Shown one piece after another: positions 28,188-37,995 of a stretch of DNA of 64,000 nucleotides. The position numbers and the translations under genes were made by a program. This DNA is from Candidatus Poribacteria bacterium. GTDB lineage: Bacteria; Poribacteria; WGA-4E; PCPOR2b. The notes beneath the pieces are model-generated. The model did no database searches. It was given only the letters and a program-made list of their open reading frames with translations, and was not told where the DNA came from. Numbering within the stretch: the first letter of the stretch is position 1; every line of letters starts with the position of its first letter. The stretch covers positions 1,056,001-1,120,000 of the forward strand of contig OZ240245.1 in the NCBI GenBank assembly GCA_965198175.1, read 5' to 3'.

Positions 28188-29201
28188 TTAGAATCCCCAG
28201 CAACCGCTGGGATTATAATTCCGAGAGAAGGAAAGGCCAAATGTTATCGGCATCATGTCTTGGCTTTCCAAACTAAAGAATGGTCTATCCACTCGCAATT
28301 CAAGATTCAATCGACTCTGAGTGAGGCGTAGAACCTCTATTCCGACGACACCGTAGATACCCAAGCCACTATCATCTTCTGAATCGTAATCGACATACTC
28401 ATCCTCGTACCATTCATCGCGGAACCAATCTTTTCTACGATCTGCTTTAATTACTTGCGTTTCGTAGCTGGCTCCGACTATGGCGAGCCCACCGCCCACA
28501 TAGGGCGAAATGTTCTGTTTGTTGAAGAAGTAGCGTCCGCCAATCGACCAACTGAAGAAAGTAAAACCTTCGCTGTCGTCCTCATCCTCGTTTCCGCTAA
28601 ATCGTCCCTCGGTCCCGATTGAATAAGATGGTGTCTGGTAGGTCCAACCAAACTGCCAACCGGGTTCGGCTATTATATCTGTGCCCGGAATGGTGGTTCC
28701 GAAGATGCCTATATGCCAAAGGGACTCACCCGATATCTTCCGGAGTTCGCGAGCCTCCTGCTCGGCAACGCTCTCCATGTCAACGGTAGCGGCGATTGTC
28801 TTACGGTGGACAAGGGCATCAACCAGCCTCGGTGCTGCCGGGATCATCTCTTCGATATTTGCTAGAGTCATCTGCCGCTCAACGATAACCGTTCCGATGG
28901 GGCTTTCCTGACTCAAGCGCACGAAAATCTTCTCACCTAGACGGCGCAGTACAACGCGATAGACATTCGCTGGAGCCGGTGTTTCGTAAACAGGCTCGCC
29001 GACTGAAATGCCCTGCTTGCGGAGCTCATCACACACCAACATCGCAGCCGTCTGCGCGTCGGATTCGGGGATACCTGGATGGTCGCCAATCAAGCAAACA
29101 GCAGCGGCAGGTGCATCAACCTGCGCGAATGCGGGGAAAACAGCTAAAACGAGAAAAACAAGACCAAACAAGCAATTCCATGTTGTTTTCGGATGAAACA
29201 T
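28188..29201 (-). CDS. exported protein with C-terminal outer-membrane beta-barrel
   Basis: ATG 29201 after AAGGAG; signal peptide (AFA|Q); 'GGRYFF..ISPYVGGGL', 'GLGIYG..GIE' barrel strands. Confidence 0.75.
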   Translation of the reverse strand: MFHPKTTWNCLFGLVFLVLAVFPAFAQVDAPAAAVCLIGDHPGIPESDAQTAAMLVCDELRKQGISVGEPVYETPAPANVYRVVLRRLGEKIFVRLSQESPIGTVIVERQMTLANIEEMIPAAPRLVDALVHRKTIAATVDMESVAEQEARELRKISGESLWHIGIFGTTIPGTDIIAEPGWQFGWTYQTPSYSIGTEGRFSGNEDEDDSEGFTFFSWSIGGRYFFNKQNISPYVGGGLAIVGASYETQVIKADRRKDWFRDEWYEDEYVDYDSEDDSGLGIYGVVGIEVLRLTQSRLNLELRVDRPFFSLESQDMMPITFGLSFSRNYNPSGCWGF

Positions 29202-29333
29202 CTTAAAGTCTCCTTTTGCGTGTGCAACTTTTATCTTCAAAGTCAAGAGTACCTGTACTTTAATCTATGCGATCGCATTTGTATCTATCGTGTATGCCAC
29301 ACAGTAATTTTCCCGATCGCTGCGCTGCGCTTT

Positions 29334-30185
29334 TTACTGGATGTCAGCAACTTCTTGCAGTCGCTGCAAAAGTGATTCAGATGCGCGACGGGACTGCCGC
29401 AAGTTGAATCGCTTCACCGCTTCTTCGGCGCGGAAGATGTTGCCTCGGTAATAACGCGAGAAAACAATCCCTCCCCACAACGCCGCATCCACATAATGTT
29501 GGTCTAACACCGCATCAACGGTGAGATAGCCGAGAACACTGTTCAGTGCGAGCGCGTTTAATCCGTTTCGCCAATTCCCTGCGTAGACTTGGCCTGCCCC
29601 CGGGAGGATTGCCGACAACACTTTGGCTAATCTAGTGGATTTCTGCGGCACATTGACTGCATTCTCAAGAAGGGTATCAAGCTTCTCGTCCCTGGTATAG
29701 TCCTGTAACACCTCACGCGCCTCCTCCCATCGGAACTGGTAGATAAAGGCAATGGCTTGTAAGAAAAGCGCGCGACGGTAAAACGGTGCGGAAGGGTTTT
29801 GCATCGTCACCTTTATCAATTCAAGCCGTCCAAAATCGTAGCTCTGGTTGGCGATGAGTATCACGGCGAGTTCCAGTTGGTATTCCGACTTTTCTTCTCG
29901 ATTCGCCGCGTGTTGCACCGCAGTGCGCATAGCAGCAATAGCTTCTTGCCAATACCCCTGTTCTCGATAGGCGAAGCCGATGTTGCGATATGTTTCCCCT
30001 GCGCGGGGGTCTTCTGGATGAAAGTAGAGGAAACGTTTATACTCAGTAATGGCAGCATCATAATTGCCCAATTTTAAAAAATGGGATCCCAGAGAAAGGG
30101 GAGACACTTCTGCGATTGCGGTGAAACCGCAGAAAAGTGAAAGCGTTGCGGCAAGAACGGCAAATACGACACACTTCAGATTCAT
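29334..30185 (-). CDS. TPR protein with DUF5683/TM2-like membrane segment
   Basis: TPR 'YDAAITEYKRFL'; 'KS..LA..LSAILPGAGQVY'; start moved to ATG 30185. Confidence 0.8.
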   Translation of the reverse strand: MNLKCVVFAVLAATLSLFCGFTAIAEVSPLSLGSHFLKLGNYDAAITEYKRFLYFHPEDPRAGETYRNIGFAYREQGYWQEAIAAMRTAVQHAANREEKSEYQLELAVILIANQSYDFGRLELIKVTMQNPSAPFYRRALFLQAIAFIYQFRWEEAREVLQDYTRDEKLDTLLENAVNVPQKSTRLAKVLSAILPGAGQVYAGNWRNGLNALALNSVLGYLTVDAVLDQHYVDAALWGGIVFSRYYRGNIFRAEEAVKRFNLRQSRRASESLLQRLQEVADIQ

Positions 30186-30226
30186 CGCAACTCCAACTAT
30201 TTGGCTAACAACGACGCGGGGATAAC

Positions 30227-31102
30227 TCAATACGACAATTTTATGGACAACGTTGCCAAGAATTCGTCCTCTACGTAGCGATTGTAGACACGCGCCGAAA
30301 TTACGGAGCCGTAAATATTGCCGACATAGAAGATTCCGCTGAATGCGCCGAGTGCCCATCCTTTTACTGATGAAAGCCCATCCCGCCGGAAACCGTCGTA
30401 AGCTTGCCATCCTGTTAAGCTGACAGTAAGCAAGGTAGTCAGTGCATCGCCGAAGCGGCCTGTATAGATTCGACCAGCGCCGGGTATAATTGTGGAGAGA
30501 ATTCCTGCCAAAAATGGACTGCGGCTCGGCAACTGCGTGCCCTGAATCGCGTAATTATGATAGAGTGTTGCGCTTTCCCCGACCCCCGCCACGTTCGATT
30601 CCTGCAGCCCGTCGAAGATCTTGTCGGCTTCAAGCCACCTCTTTTGCATCAGAAAAGAGAGCCCGATTAGTTCTTGTGATGCGGCACGAAGCCGTAAATC
30701 AGCTATGTGCGGCAACGCTGCATCAAGGTAGTTTACAGATTGCCGAAACTGTTCCATGAGAAAATAGGAGACGCCAATATGATAGTGTGCACCATTCGTC
30801 AACTGGCTGTCGGGAAATGTCTGTATAAACGTCTCAAATGTCCGTATTGCCTTATCGGATTTACCACCTAGGCGATAACAGAGGCCAATTCTATAGTGGA
30901 TTCCATCGTTTTCCCGATGCCGAAAAAAAAGACAGCGTTGATATTCACCCGCAGCGCGGAGGTAGTCACCCTGCTCGTATAGAAAATCGGCGAATTTACG
31001 GATATGTTCGGGGCTGTAGTAGTCACTACGCTCCTCAGCACTTACAACAGATAGCTGCGCTGTGCTGAGGAGGATTATGAGAGTGAATCGTCGTAGCTGC
31101 AT
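30227..31102 (-). CDS. TPR protein with DUF5683/TM2-like membrane segment
   Basis: 'FADFLYEQGDY.RAAGEYQR', 'RSPFLAGILSTIIPGAGRIY', 'FYVGNIYGS..SA..YN'. Confidence 0.82.
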   Translation of the reverse strand: MQLRRFTLIILLSTAQLSVVSAEERSDYYSPEHIRKFADFLYEQGDYLRAAGEYQRCLFFRHRENDGIHYRIGLCYRLGGKSDKAIRTFETFIQTFPDSQLTNGAHYHIGVSYFLMEQFRQSVNYLDAALPHIADLRLRAASQELIGLSFLMQKRWLEADKIFDGLQESNVAGVGESATLYHNYAIQGTQLPSRSPFLAGILSTIIPGAGRIYTGRFGDALTTLLTVSLTGWQAYDGFRRDGLSSVKGWALGAFSGIFYVGNIYGSVISARVYNRYVEDEFLATLSIKLSY

Positions 31103-31171
31103 ACTATGGATACGAAATCATCCGCCTTCGGTTGCCCTGTAGGGAAGCGATCTTGCAACTTCCTAAATCAA

Positions 31172-31648
31172 CTACTTCCACTCTGCATAATCTGAAACCG
31201 GATCGATGTATTTGTCTGTGGCTTCATCTTTATGGTGATGCCTCGACTGCGAACCGTTGCATCGGAGCAGCCGGTCTGCAGTAAGCAATATGCCCGGCAG
31301 CATGCCGTATTTCTGAATACACGCCATGCCGAAACGTGAACAACTCGGTACAAAGTTGCACGCTGGGCCATCTTGACTAGAGATGAATTTCTGATACAAC
31401 CGCATCAATCCGGTCGCGGCGAGTTTCAGTTCCGAAATCTCCTGAGGATTAAAGTGGACAATTTCCTGTGGTTTCGGAGTTGTGATTGGGTTGACCTTAA
31501 GGATGAATGCTAAGTCGGCTGCTTCATCCGCTGACGTGGACGAAACGAGGATGATGGAGAATAAACAGAAAGGAACTATAAGGACAGCGCGAGCTGAGAC
31601 ACAAGCAGCTTGACCGACAAAACTGGTTAATTTGGGAATGTTTACCAT
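31172..31648 (-). CDS. yidD: YidD-like membrane protein insertion efficiency factor with N-terminal extension
   Basis: 'LYQKFISS.DG..CNF.PSCS.....I.KYG...G.....DRLLRCN'. Confidence 0.8.
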   Translation of the reverse strand: MVNIPKLTSFVGQAACVSARAVLIVPFCLFSIILVSSTSADEAADLAFILKVNPITTPKPQEIVHFNPQEISELKLAATGLMRLYQKFISSQDGPACNFVPSCSRFGMACIQKYGMLPGILLTADRLLRCNGSQSRHHHKDEATDKYIDPVSDYAEWK

Positions 31649-32068
31649 TTAACCACCTTAACCTTTACAAACTCCGGAATTGTGAAATTTAGCCTCGGGT
31701 TCGGCGTCGCCGCGTTCACCTGTGGGTTGCCATAGATTATCCGCTCATGTTGGAAAACTTCAGATTTTACCGCATACGCTCTAGACGTAACCGTTAGCGG
31801 AATTATACCCTAAATCCGTCTATAGGACAATGCTCTTTGCTTTATTGGGTATAAGACAGTCCTGGCTGGAACCTACCCCGATGTTTTCTGCAATTTCACT
31901 ATTAGCTTGCTGCTTCCGTTACTTAGCCCCCAATTATCAATTGTCGGGCAAACGACTCCCACTGCTGCCATTCTCTCCGAAGCAATCGAGTTTTTGCTCG
32001 GAATGATAGCATATCATAAATCACAGGACAGAAATGGATGTAACTTTGCTGGGTCGGATGGAGATAGC

Positions 32069-33145
32069 TTATGATACCAAAGCCATAATTTCGCCAGTGC
32101 CTTGTGTTAAGGGTTCCAACGCTTTGCCCAAAATTGCGTTCCGCCTGCGCTCATTCTCATTAATGAGTTCAATCATTTCGTCGTTTCCCATCCCGCTTTG
32201 CGCTTCCAGCAACTGGAATTTCATGGCGCAGCCTGATGTCGAGCTGGTGGTTAACCCGTCTCCCGCTTCAATTGGACCGTTCTCATCGGTTACCTTGACC
32301 GGAACGCTTCCTGACAGAGTCAGGGGCACTGTCCGCTCATGATTCTGTGGACTAATCCTAATCGCCGGACTTTGAGAGACAACGCCGGCTATAGCAGTCT
32401 CATAAGCATTCTCTGACCTCTTTACCGTCAGCCTGTCGTTTGTGTCAATCACCGCGACCTCCCCGGGTTCTAGTTCACCATTGTAGGGGAATGCTTGCGC
32501 CAAACCTGTATGATGCGCTGTTCCGCCGACATCTAGCTGAGCACGTGGCGTTTCCGTTCCAACTCCAACGTTGCCTTCCGCACTTACGACGAAGTGCTTA
32601 CTTTTTCTGCCGTTACTCGTAACCTCGAAAATATCGTCGGATTGCGACGCGGCGGCTTCTACGATAGCTTGTATTTCATCGATCATTCCTCTGACGTGGA
32701 ATCTGCCTTCAGGTGGACCGTAGTCGTTTGGAGGAAGTCTTCCAATAATGAGCCTCCCGTCCTCATCGAGGACGAAAGCGTCAATCAGAGCGTCGCGAAT
32801 GATTGCAAACTTGTATCCCGGCTGACTCGGAATCAAGATACACCACTGGTTGGGATGATCCCCTTTCCAGAGCCGGATTCCGACCTCCTTATCATTTCGC
32901 GTGTTCATCAGATTCAGCAGGAAGGTAAAGCCGCCATTAGAAACGAAATAGGCTTCGTGCCAATAGGAGTCCTGCTCAGAGTGTTGATAGCCCTTAAAAA
33001 AGCGCAGCCATGGGAATCCGGAGGTGTCCTGGATATTGAGGGCATCCACATTGGTAAAATTGAGGGTGTGAATCGGATGGATGCCTACATCCTCTCCTGG
33101 CGAAAGTTCGATACTACTGGAGATGTTGCCTTTTTGTATTTTCAT
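32069..33145 (-). CDS. tail-fibre/adhesin-like protein with C-terminal intramolecular-chaperone-like domain
   Basis: 'GNVGVGTETPRAQLDVGG' fibre repeat; 'GVVS..P...VPLTLSG.VPVKV..ENGPI..GD.LTTS..G.AMK...ILGKALE'. Confidence 0.65.
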   Translation of the reverse strand: MKIQKGNISSSIELSPGEDVGIHPIHTLNFTNVDALNIQDTSGFPWLRFFKGYQHSEQDSYWHEAYFVSNGGFTFLLNLMNTRNDKEVGIRLWKGDHPNQWCILIPSQPGYKFAIIRDALIDAFVLDEDGRLIIGRLPPNDYGPPEGRFHVRGMIDEIQAIVEAAASQSDDIFEVTSNGRKSKHFVVSAEGNVGVGTETPRAQLDVGGTAHHTGLAQAFPYNGELEPGEVAVIDTNDRLTVKRSENAYETAIAGVVSQSPAIRISPQNHERTVPLTLSGSVPVKVTDENGPIEAGDGLTTSSTSGCAMKFQLLEAQSGMGNDEMIELINENERRRNAILGKALEPLTQGTGEIMALVS

Positions 33146-33202
33146 TTCTATGTACCTCGTACTTACCGAACAATTACTGATTGGGGTTCGGGTGCGTTAT
33201 CT

Positions 33203-35062
33203 TTAAAACCTGGGGTATCCAACAGTGAGCAACGCTTCAGCCACTTGACCGAAGGGGCGCCCGCCAACTGTTACATCCAAGCTGACCGGCTGACGTCGAT
33301 AGCATGTTCCGACCGGAGGTGTGATAGAGATTTGGATTTCTTTCTGCTCACGAGAGCCAAGTTCTACTTCAATAGATGGGCTTTCCCACCCATCGGGGCA
33401 AACCAATCTAGCGGTCGCTTTTTGGGCTGACGGAAAGGGATTGAGTATCCATCCCTGAAACTCCGCAGTTCCTCCGGTTGGAAGATGCAGCCGGTAGGGC
33501 GTGAGCTTCCCACCCTGCGACTCCGCTCCAAAATGAACATCGGAATCGCCTAATATCATCAACCGCTGGTGAATTTCGTCGAACGCATTTGCGCCATGTT
33601 CGAGTGCCTTGTACCATTCGTCACTGGTTTGGTAGGGCATCGTATGACCGGTCAATATCCATTCCGGTTGAAAACGACGAAGGTCTTCCAAGGTTCGTTT
33701 GTAGCAGCCGACATCAAGACCGTTTTTGTAGACGTAGTTGGCAAACAACTTCGCTCCGGATTCAAAATCCTTACCTTCCGTGTCGAAGAAGATCTGGTCT
33801 CCGGTATGCGCAATGCGCTTCCCGTCAATCTCCATGCAAACTAGTGTCGCAAAACGGGTGTGGCCTGACATCGGGTACAGGGTGATTGGAACGTCTTCCC
33901 AGTAGACTGTCTCAGCGTCGGGCAGGTGCCGGCTGACCTTTATCGGTTCGTGCCAAAGGCACGGGCGATCGTAGCGGTCGGGACGCTCAAGGATGTCGGA
34001 AAAGTGTGCTCCTGCCCAGACGGTTGTTCCAAACAGCCGCTGAAGCAGTGGAATGCCGTTCACGTGGTCGTCGTGGAAATGCGTCGCTAGAACTGTATCT
34101 ATTCGATCGATACCAAAGTGGTTCTTGAGCCCGTTCAGTCCGTGTAGGAATGGACGCCGATTAGACACGTGCTGCTTGGTCGGCGCCAGATAAGCCGCAG
34201 TGTGGTACCCATAATCCAGCGACATCACTTTTCCGCTTTTGCTGATGACAAAATGTGTATGAGCCCCTCCGTGCTTGGACCGGTAAAGGCGAGGCAAAAT
34301 TTCCTCGATGTCGTCTTCGTCCGGGTCGTTGAGCAAAGCCGCAAAACCGGGCACGATCTCATCCAAACGTTTGAGATTATTTTTGAAGGCACCAATTGCA
34401 CCAGTTGGGTCATCTATGGGTTCGCCGAGGCTAGGAAGCAGCATGTCTGGCTTGGCATCAAGCAAGCGAGAGCAACTGTGCCAGAGGTTTACTGCGCCGC
34501 TCATGTCGTTGTAATTGTATTGAAGTGGCGCCAATCGGGCGGTTCGTCCATGACCACAGATTACTTCTCCAACGAAAGCCAATCGCCGCCCGTTAATTGT
34601 GACGAGGTAGCTACTCGCTCCATTTGTGACGCCCGGTGTAGGAATGACCTCCCATTCTAGTCCTGCGATGTTTCGCGTTTCGTAGTCCATCATCCCGTCT
34701 GTAACCGGTATTGGGCGAATTGGCGAGAACCGGTCCCAGCGGTTATCATACGAATTCCAGATCTGTCGTTCGCGGAAGTGCTGATCAGGGTCCAAGTAAT
34801 ATTCTTCCTCCCAGTAGGGACCGTGTATTTTTGCACCGGCTGCATGTAGTCGAATTGAACCATCCGTATGGTCCCTAAAATGATGGGTAAGTAGAACCGT
34901 CACCGGTCCATTCTGAACGACCTCGCCGAGATGGTCCGCTGCTAAACCCGTACCCACATTGATTAGTACCGTTCCCTGAGGGCATTGGACTGCATATACC
35001 CGGCAACTATCCTGAAACATAAAGACGCCGTCGTGAATCTTTTGCCAAGCAGATGTGCTCAT
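33203..35062 (-). CDS. tandem metallo-beta-lactamase-fold hydrolase with C-terminal Ig-like domain
   Basis: Two MBL motifs THHFRDHTDG and THFHDDHVNG; GHT, TGD. Confidence 0.85.
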   Translation of the reverse strand: MSTSAWQKIHDGVFMFQDSCRVYAVQCPQGTVLINVGTGLAADHLGEVVQNGPVTVLLTHHFRDHTDGSIRLHAAGAKIHGPYWEEEYYLDPDQHFRERQIWNSYDNRWDRFSPIRPIPVTDGMMDYETRNIAGLEWEVIPTPGVTNGASSYLVTINGRRLAFVGEVICGHGRTARLAPLQYNYNDMSGAVNLWHSCSRLLDAKPDMLLPSLGEPIDDPTGAIGAFKNNLKRLDEIVPGFAALLNDPDEDDIEEILPRLYRSKHGGAHTHFVISKSGKVMSLDYGYHTAAYLAPTKQHVSNRRPFLHGLNGLKNHFGIDRIDTVLATHFHDDHVNGIPLLQRLFGTTVWAGAHFSDILERPDRYDRPCLWHEPIKVSRHLPDAETVYWEDVPITLYPMSGHTRFATLVCMEIDGKRIAHTGDQIFFDTEGKDFESGAKLFANYVYKNGLDVGCYKRTLEDLRRFQPEWILTGHTMPYQTSDEWYKALEHGANAFDEIHQRLMILGDSDVHFGAESQGGKLTPYRLHLPTGGTAEFQGWILNPFPSAQKATARLVCPDGWESPSIEVELGSREQKEIQISITPPVGTCYRRQPVSLDVTVGGRPFGQVAEALLTVGYPRF

Positions 35063-35196
35063 TGCTTTTCTCCTTTTATTGTCGGTCTATCAGAAATCGT
35101 ATACCTTTTGCGTATCGCGCAACTGAACGCTTGTGCAGGCTTCAAGTTAAGCGGACAATCGGCGGGGATTGTCTCCAAGGCTTCAGTGGTTGAATG

Positions 35197-36462
35197 TTAT
35201 GGTTCTGACCGATTGCATGACCTTTCAGATTTCGTCTGCCCTGCGACAGCCAAGGCTCGCGCACCGACACCCAGAACGGATACGAACCCTTCAGAATCGG
35301 CGTGGTTGAAATCGCCGATCGCCTCCATTGAAGAGGTTTCCTCGGAGTAAAGTGAGTGTGGCGCCTCGCCGGCGGCGTGGAAGGCGACAGTGCCTTTATA
35401 CAGCGCGACAGTAATCACTCCTTGCACTAGGTGTGTGAATGGGTCAATTGACGCAAGCAGCGATTGTGTCGCGGGATCGAACCAGTAGCCTTGATAGATT
35501 TGTTCAGCAACCACCGCCGATACCTGCCCGAAAACACGTGTCGCCCGCCGATCCAAAATAAGTTGAAGCAGATATTCGTAACACCTGCCGATCAGTTCCA
35601 TCCCCGGCGATTCGTAGACCCCTCGACTCTTGATGCCAACAAATCGATTCTCGACTGTGTGTATGCCGATGCCGATTCCGTTTCGTCCACCGATTCGATT
35701 GGCTTCTGTCAAAGCTTTAAGGAGAGTGACTGGGCTCCCGTTAATTTCAACCGGAATTCCACTGGAAAAAGTTACGGTGAAATACTCAACTTCATCAGGG
35801 GCGTCCTTCGGATGCACGCCCATACCGGGAGTGATAAATCCAGCTGGGGTTTTGAGGGATTCCAATTTACCAGCTTCGTGGGTTAAGCCCAACAGGTTGG
35901 CGTCTGTCGAGTAGGGCTTCTCATGGGTTGCCCGAATCGGCAGACCGCGTTCGCTGCAATAATCAATCATCTCCTTTCTTCCGCCAAATCGCTCCAGAAA
36001 GGTCGCATCCCGCCATGGGGCGTATACGGACAAGTCGGGATTGAGCATATTTGCAGCGAGTTGAAACCGTACCTGATCGTTGCCGCGACCGGTGCAGCCA
36101 TGACTCAAGATGCTAATGCCACGCTTCTCCATCTCAGGGAGCAGCGCCTTGACCGTGACATGCCGTGCGATACCGGTCGTATTCCAGTAACCGCCTTCAT
36201 ATTTGGCTTGGCACTGAATCACCTTGATGCCAGCCATTGCAAGAGAATCTTTGGCATTGACGATAACTGCGTCTTGGGCACCGCATGCCAACATCCGCTC
36301 ACAGATTTCCTCTATATTCTCCTCGTCAGGTTGTCCGAGGTCTGCGGTGAAGCATATGACATTGACGTGATTGTCGACTAACCACCGGGTGATGGTACAG
36401 CTATCAAGCCCGCCGGAAACAGCGGCGCCAACGGTTTTTCCTTTTAGTGTTTCTACATTCAT
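35197..36462 (-). CDS. argG: argininosuccinate synthase
   Basis: SGGLDS, HGCTGRGNDQVRF, YSTDANLLG, VENRFVGIKSRGVYE. Confidence 0.96.
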   Translation of the reverse strand: MNVETLKGKTVGAAVSGGLDSCTITRWLVDNHVNVICFTADLGQPDEENIEEICERMLACGAQDAVIVNAKDSLAMAGIKVIQCQAKYEGGYWNTTGIARHVTVKALLPEMEKRGISILSHGCTGRGNDQVRFQLAANMLNPDLSVYAPWRDATFLERFGGRKEMIDYCSERGLPIRATHEKPYSTDANLLGLTHEAGKLESLKTPAGFITPGMGVHPKDAPDEVEYFTVTFSSGIPVEINGSPVTLLKALTEANRIGGRNGIGIGIHTVENRFVGIKSRGVYESPGMELIGRCYEYLLQLILDRRATRVFGQVSAVVAEQIYQGYWFDPATQSLLASIDPFTHLVQGVITVALYKGTVAFHAAGEAPHSLYSEETSSMEAIGDFNHADSEGFVSVLGVGARALAVAGQTKSERSCNRSEP

Positions 36463-36603
36463 TTTTTCTCCTTTTTTCCTTGTCTTAATGATACCGTTTT
36501 AATCTCAGACAAGATTGTTCAGAACCAATGGGTTGAACTGGTGCCCATATGGATTGCGCGGGTTCAGCACGAACACAGCCTTCATCTTATCTTTTTTCGC
36601 GTA

Positions 36604-37995
36604 TCATGTATTTCCATCCGATCGATGGCTGACAATCCAGAACGCAATCGCGATGTATACCATGGCGGGAAAGGACAGTAGCGTTGTGGATAACGCAATC
36701 CCTTCCAAGCCCCAGCGCTTCATGAAAATTAGGTTCAGAATCGGGTTAAAGGCTGTTCGGACCAGCGTCGCTGAGAAGACGAAAGTGACGTTCTGAAGGG
36801 AAAGGTGGGCGCGAATCAACAACCGACTGACTAAGCGAGGTAGCGTCCCAATCAGGTAAATTCCAAGCAAGGATGCAACATGAAGCCGTTCGGGCTCAGT
36901 CATCGCGCCGTGTCCGTACAGCAAATCTACAATGGCGATGCGGTAATAGTAAAATCCACAGATTAGCGGTCCCATCACGGCGACAATCGCGAGCACTCCC
37001 TTCCAAACGCTTTGCCGCAGGAACTGGATGTTGGCGTCGGCGGAGATTGCCGACCAATGGGAGAGCAGCACAGGCATAATAACGCCTGTCACGGTTTCAG
37101 GTATCGCACAAAGTCTGAAAGCATAATCCAATTTGGAAACGGAACCCGCACTTAAGGAAGTTGACATTCCTCGATCGACGACAGGATTGGCGCCGGAAGA
37201 TATTGCAGTGCCCATCATCAGGAAAAACTGCTTGATAAACCGTTTCGTTTTCGAATACGCTTGCCAGTGCCGCTGCGCGTTTACAAGGCTAAACAACCTC
37301 TTCAGTTTGAGCGAGAACCGACACACAATAAACAGCGTAATCGCCTGTAATAGTTCGCCGATAATGAGCGCAAAGACGATGCTCATCAAACCAATCGATT
37401 GTTTAAACGCGTAGATTAGCCCGATGACGGCAGGTACTGCGAGCGCTTGGACAATCGCCGGCAAACTGAAGCGCTGATAAGCATCCAAGACGGCTCTGAA
37501 TATCCACCGAATCGAAGCAGAGATCGTGAAAATCGCAAGTCCACAAACTATACCAATGGCGAGGCTGCCGGGGATGTTCGGGTGCGGTAGGAAGAGGCTT
37601 GAAACAAAATAGCAAATGCTAAAGATCACGCAGCAGATGCTGGGCATGCCGATTAGATAGACCGAAAAGATTGCTCGCAGACACACACTTGCATCGGCGT
37701 GACTCTTCGCGCGTTCCTCCGCTAGCATCGGAATCAACACTGAATACGCGGAAGCTGAACTCAGGATCTGAATAAGAAAGATTGCAATCCCCCAATAGTA
37801 ATAGAGAAAATCCATCTCCGGATTCACGCCGAACCAGTTGGCGAGAACAGCGTAAATCAGCAACATGCCGCCGCGGCTCATCAGGCTTACCGGGGTCACA
37901 ATCAGGAGGTTCTTTAGGATGGATTGATGGGGCGCCGAGATGTGGAAGCGAGAGATAAGGTTTTTGGTCGCGATGCGAATTTTGGGATGGATCAT
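36604..37995 (-). CDS. MurJ/MviN-like MOP-family flippase
   Basis: Multi-TM; 'LANWFGV...D', 'VDR..STSL..GSVS.LDYA.RL', 'WGLEGIALST'. Confidence 0.82.
   Translation of the reverse strand: MIHPKIRIATKNLISRFHISAPHQSILKNLLIVTPVSLMSRGGMLLIYAVLANWFGVNPEMDFLYYYWGIAIFLIQILSSASAYSVLIPMLAEERAKSHADASVCLRAIFSVYLIGMPSICCVIFSICYFVSSLFLPHPNIPGSLAIGIVCGLAIFTISASIRWIFRAVLDAYQRFSLPAIVQALAVPAVIGLIYAFKQSIGLMSIVFALIIGELLQAITLFIVCRFSLKLKRLFSLVNAQRHWQAYSKTKRFIKQFFLMMGTAISSGANPVVDRGMSTSLSAGSVSKLDYAFRLCAIPETVTGVIMPVLLSHWSAISADANIQFLRQSVWKGVLAIVAVMGPLICGFYYYRIAIVDLLYGHGAMTEPERLHVASLLGIYLIGTLPRLVSRLLIRAHLSLQNVTFVFSATLVRTAFNPILNLIFMKRWGLEGIALSTTLLSFPAMVYIAIAFWIVSHRSDGNT

Noticed and set aside
31139..31167. GTAG-started imperfect hairpin (similar weak ones near 25329 and 57143)
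   Set aside because: Too degenerate to define as a repeat family from this window alone
32594..33430. 278-aa plus-strand ORF and the many other short antisense ORFs
   Set aside because: Shadows of well-supported minus-strand genes, with no motifs or RBS; common opposite repeat proteins
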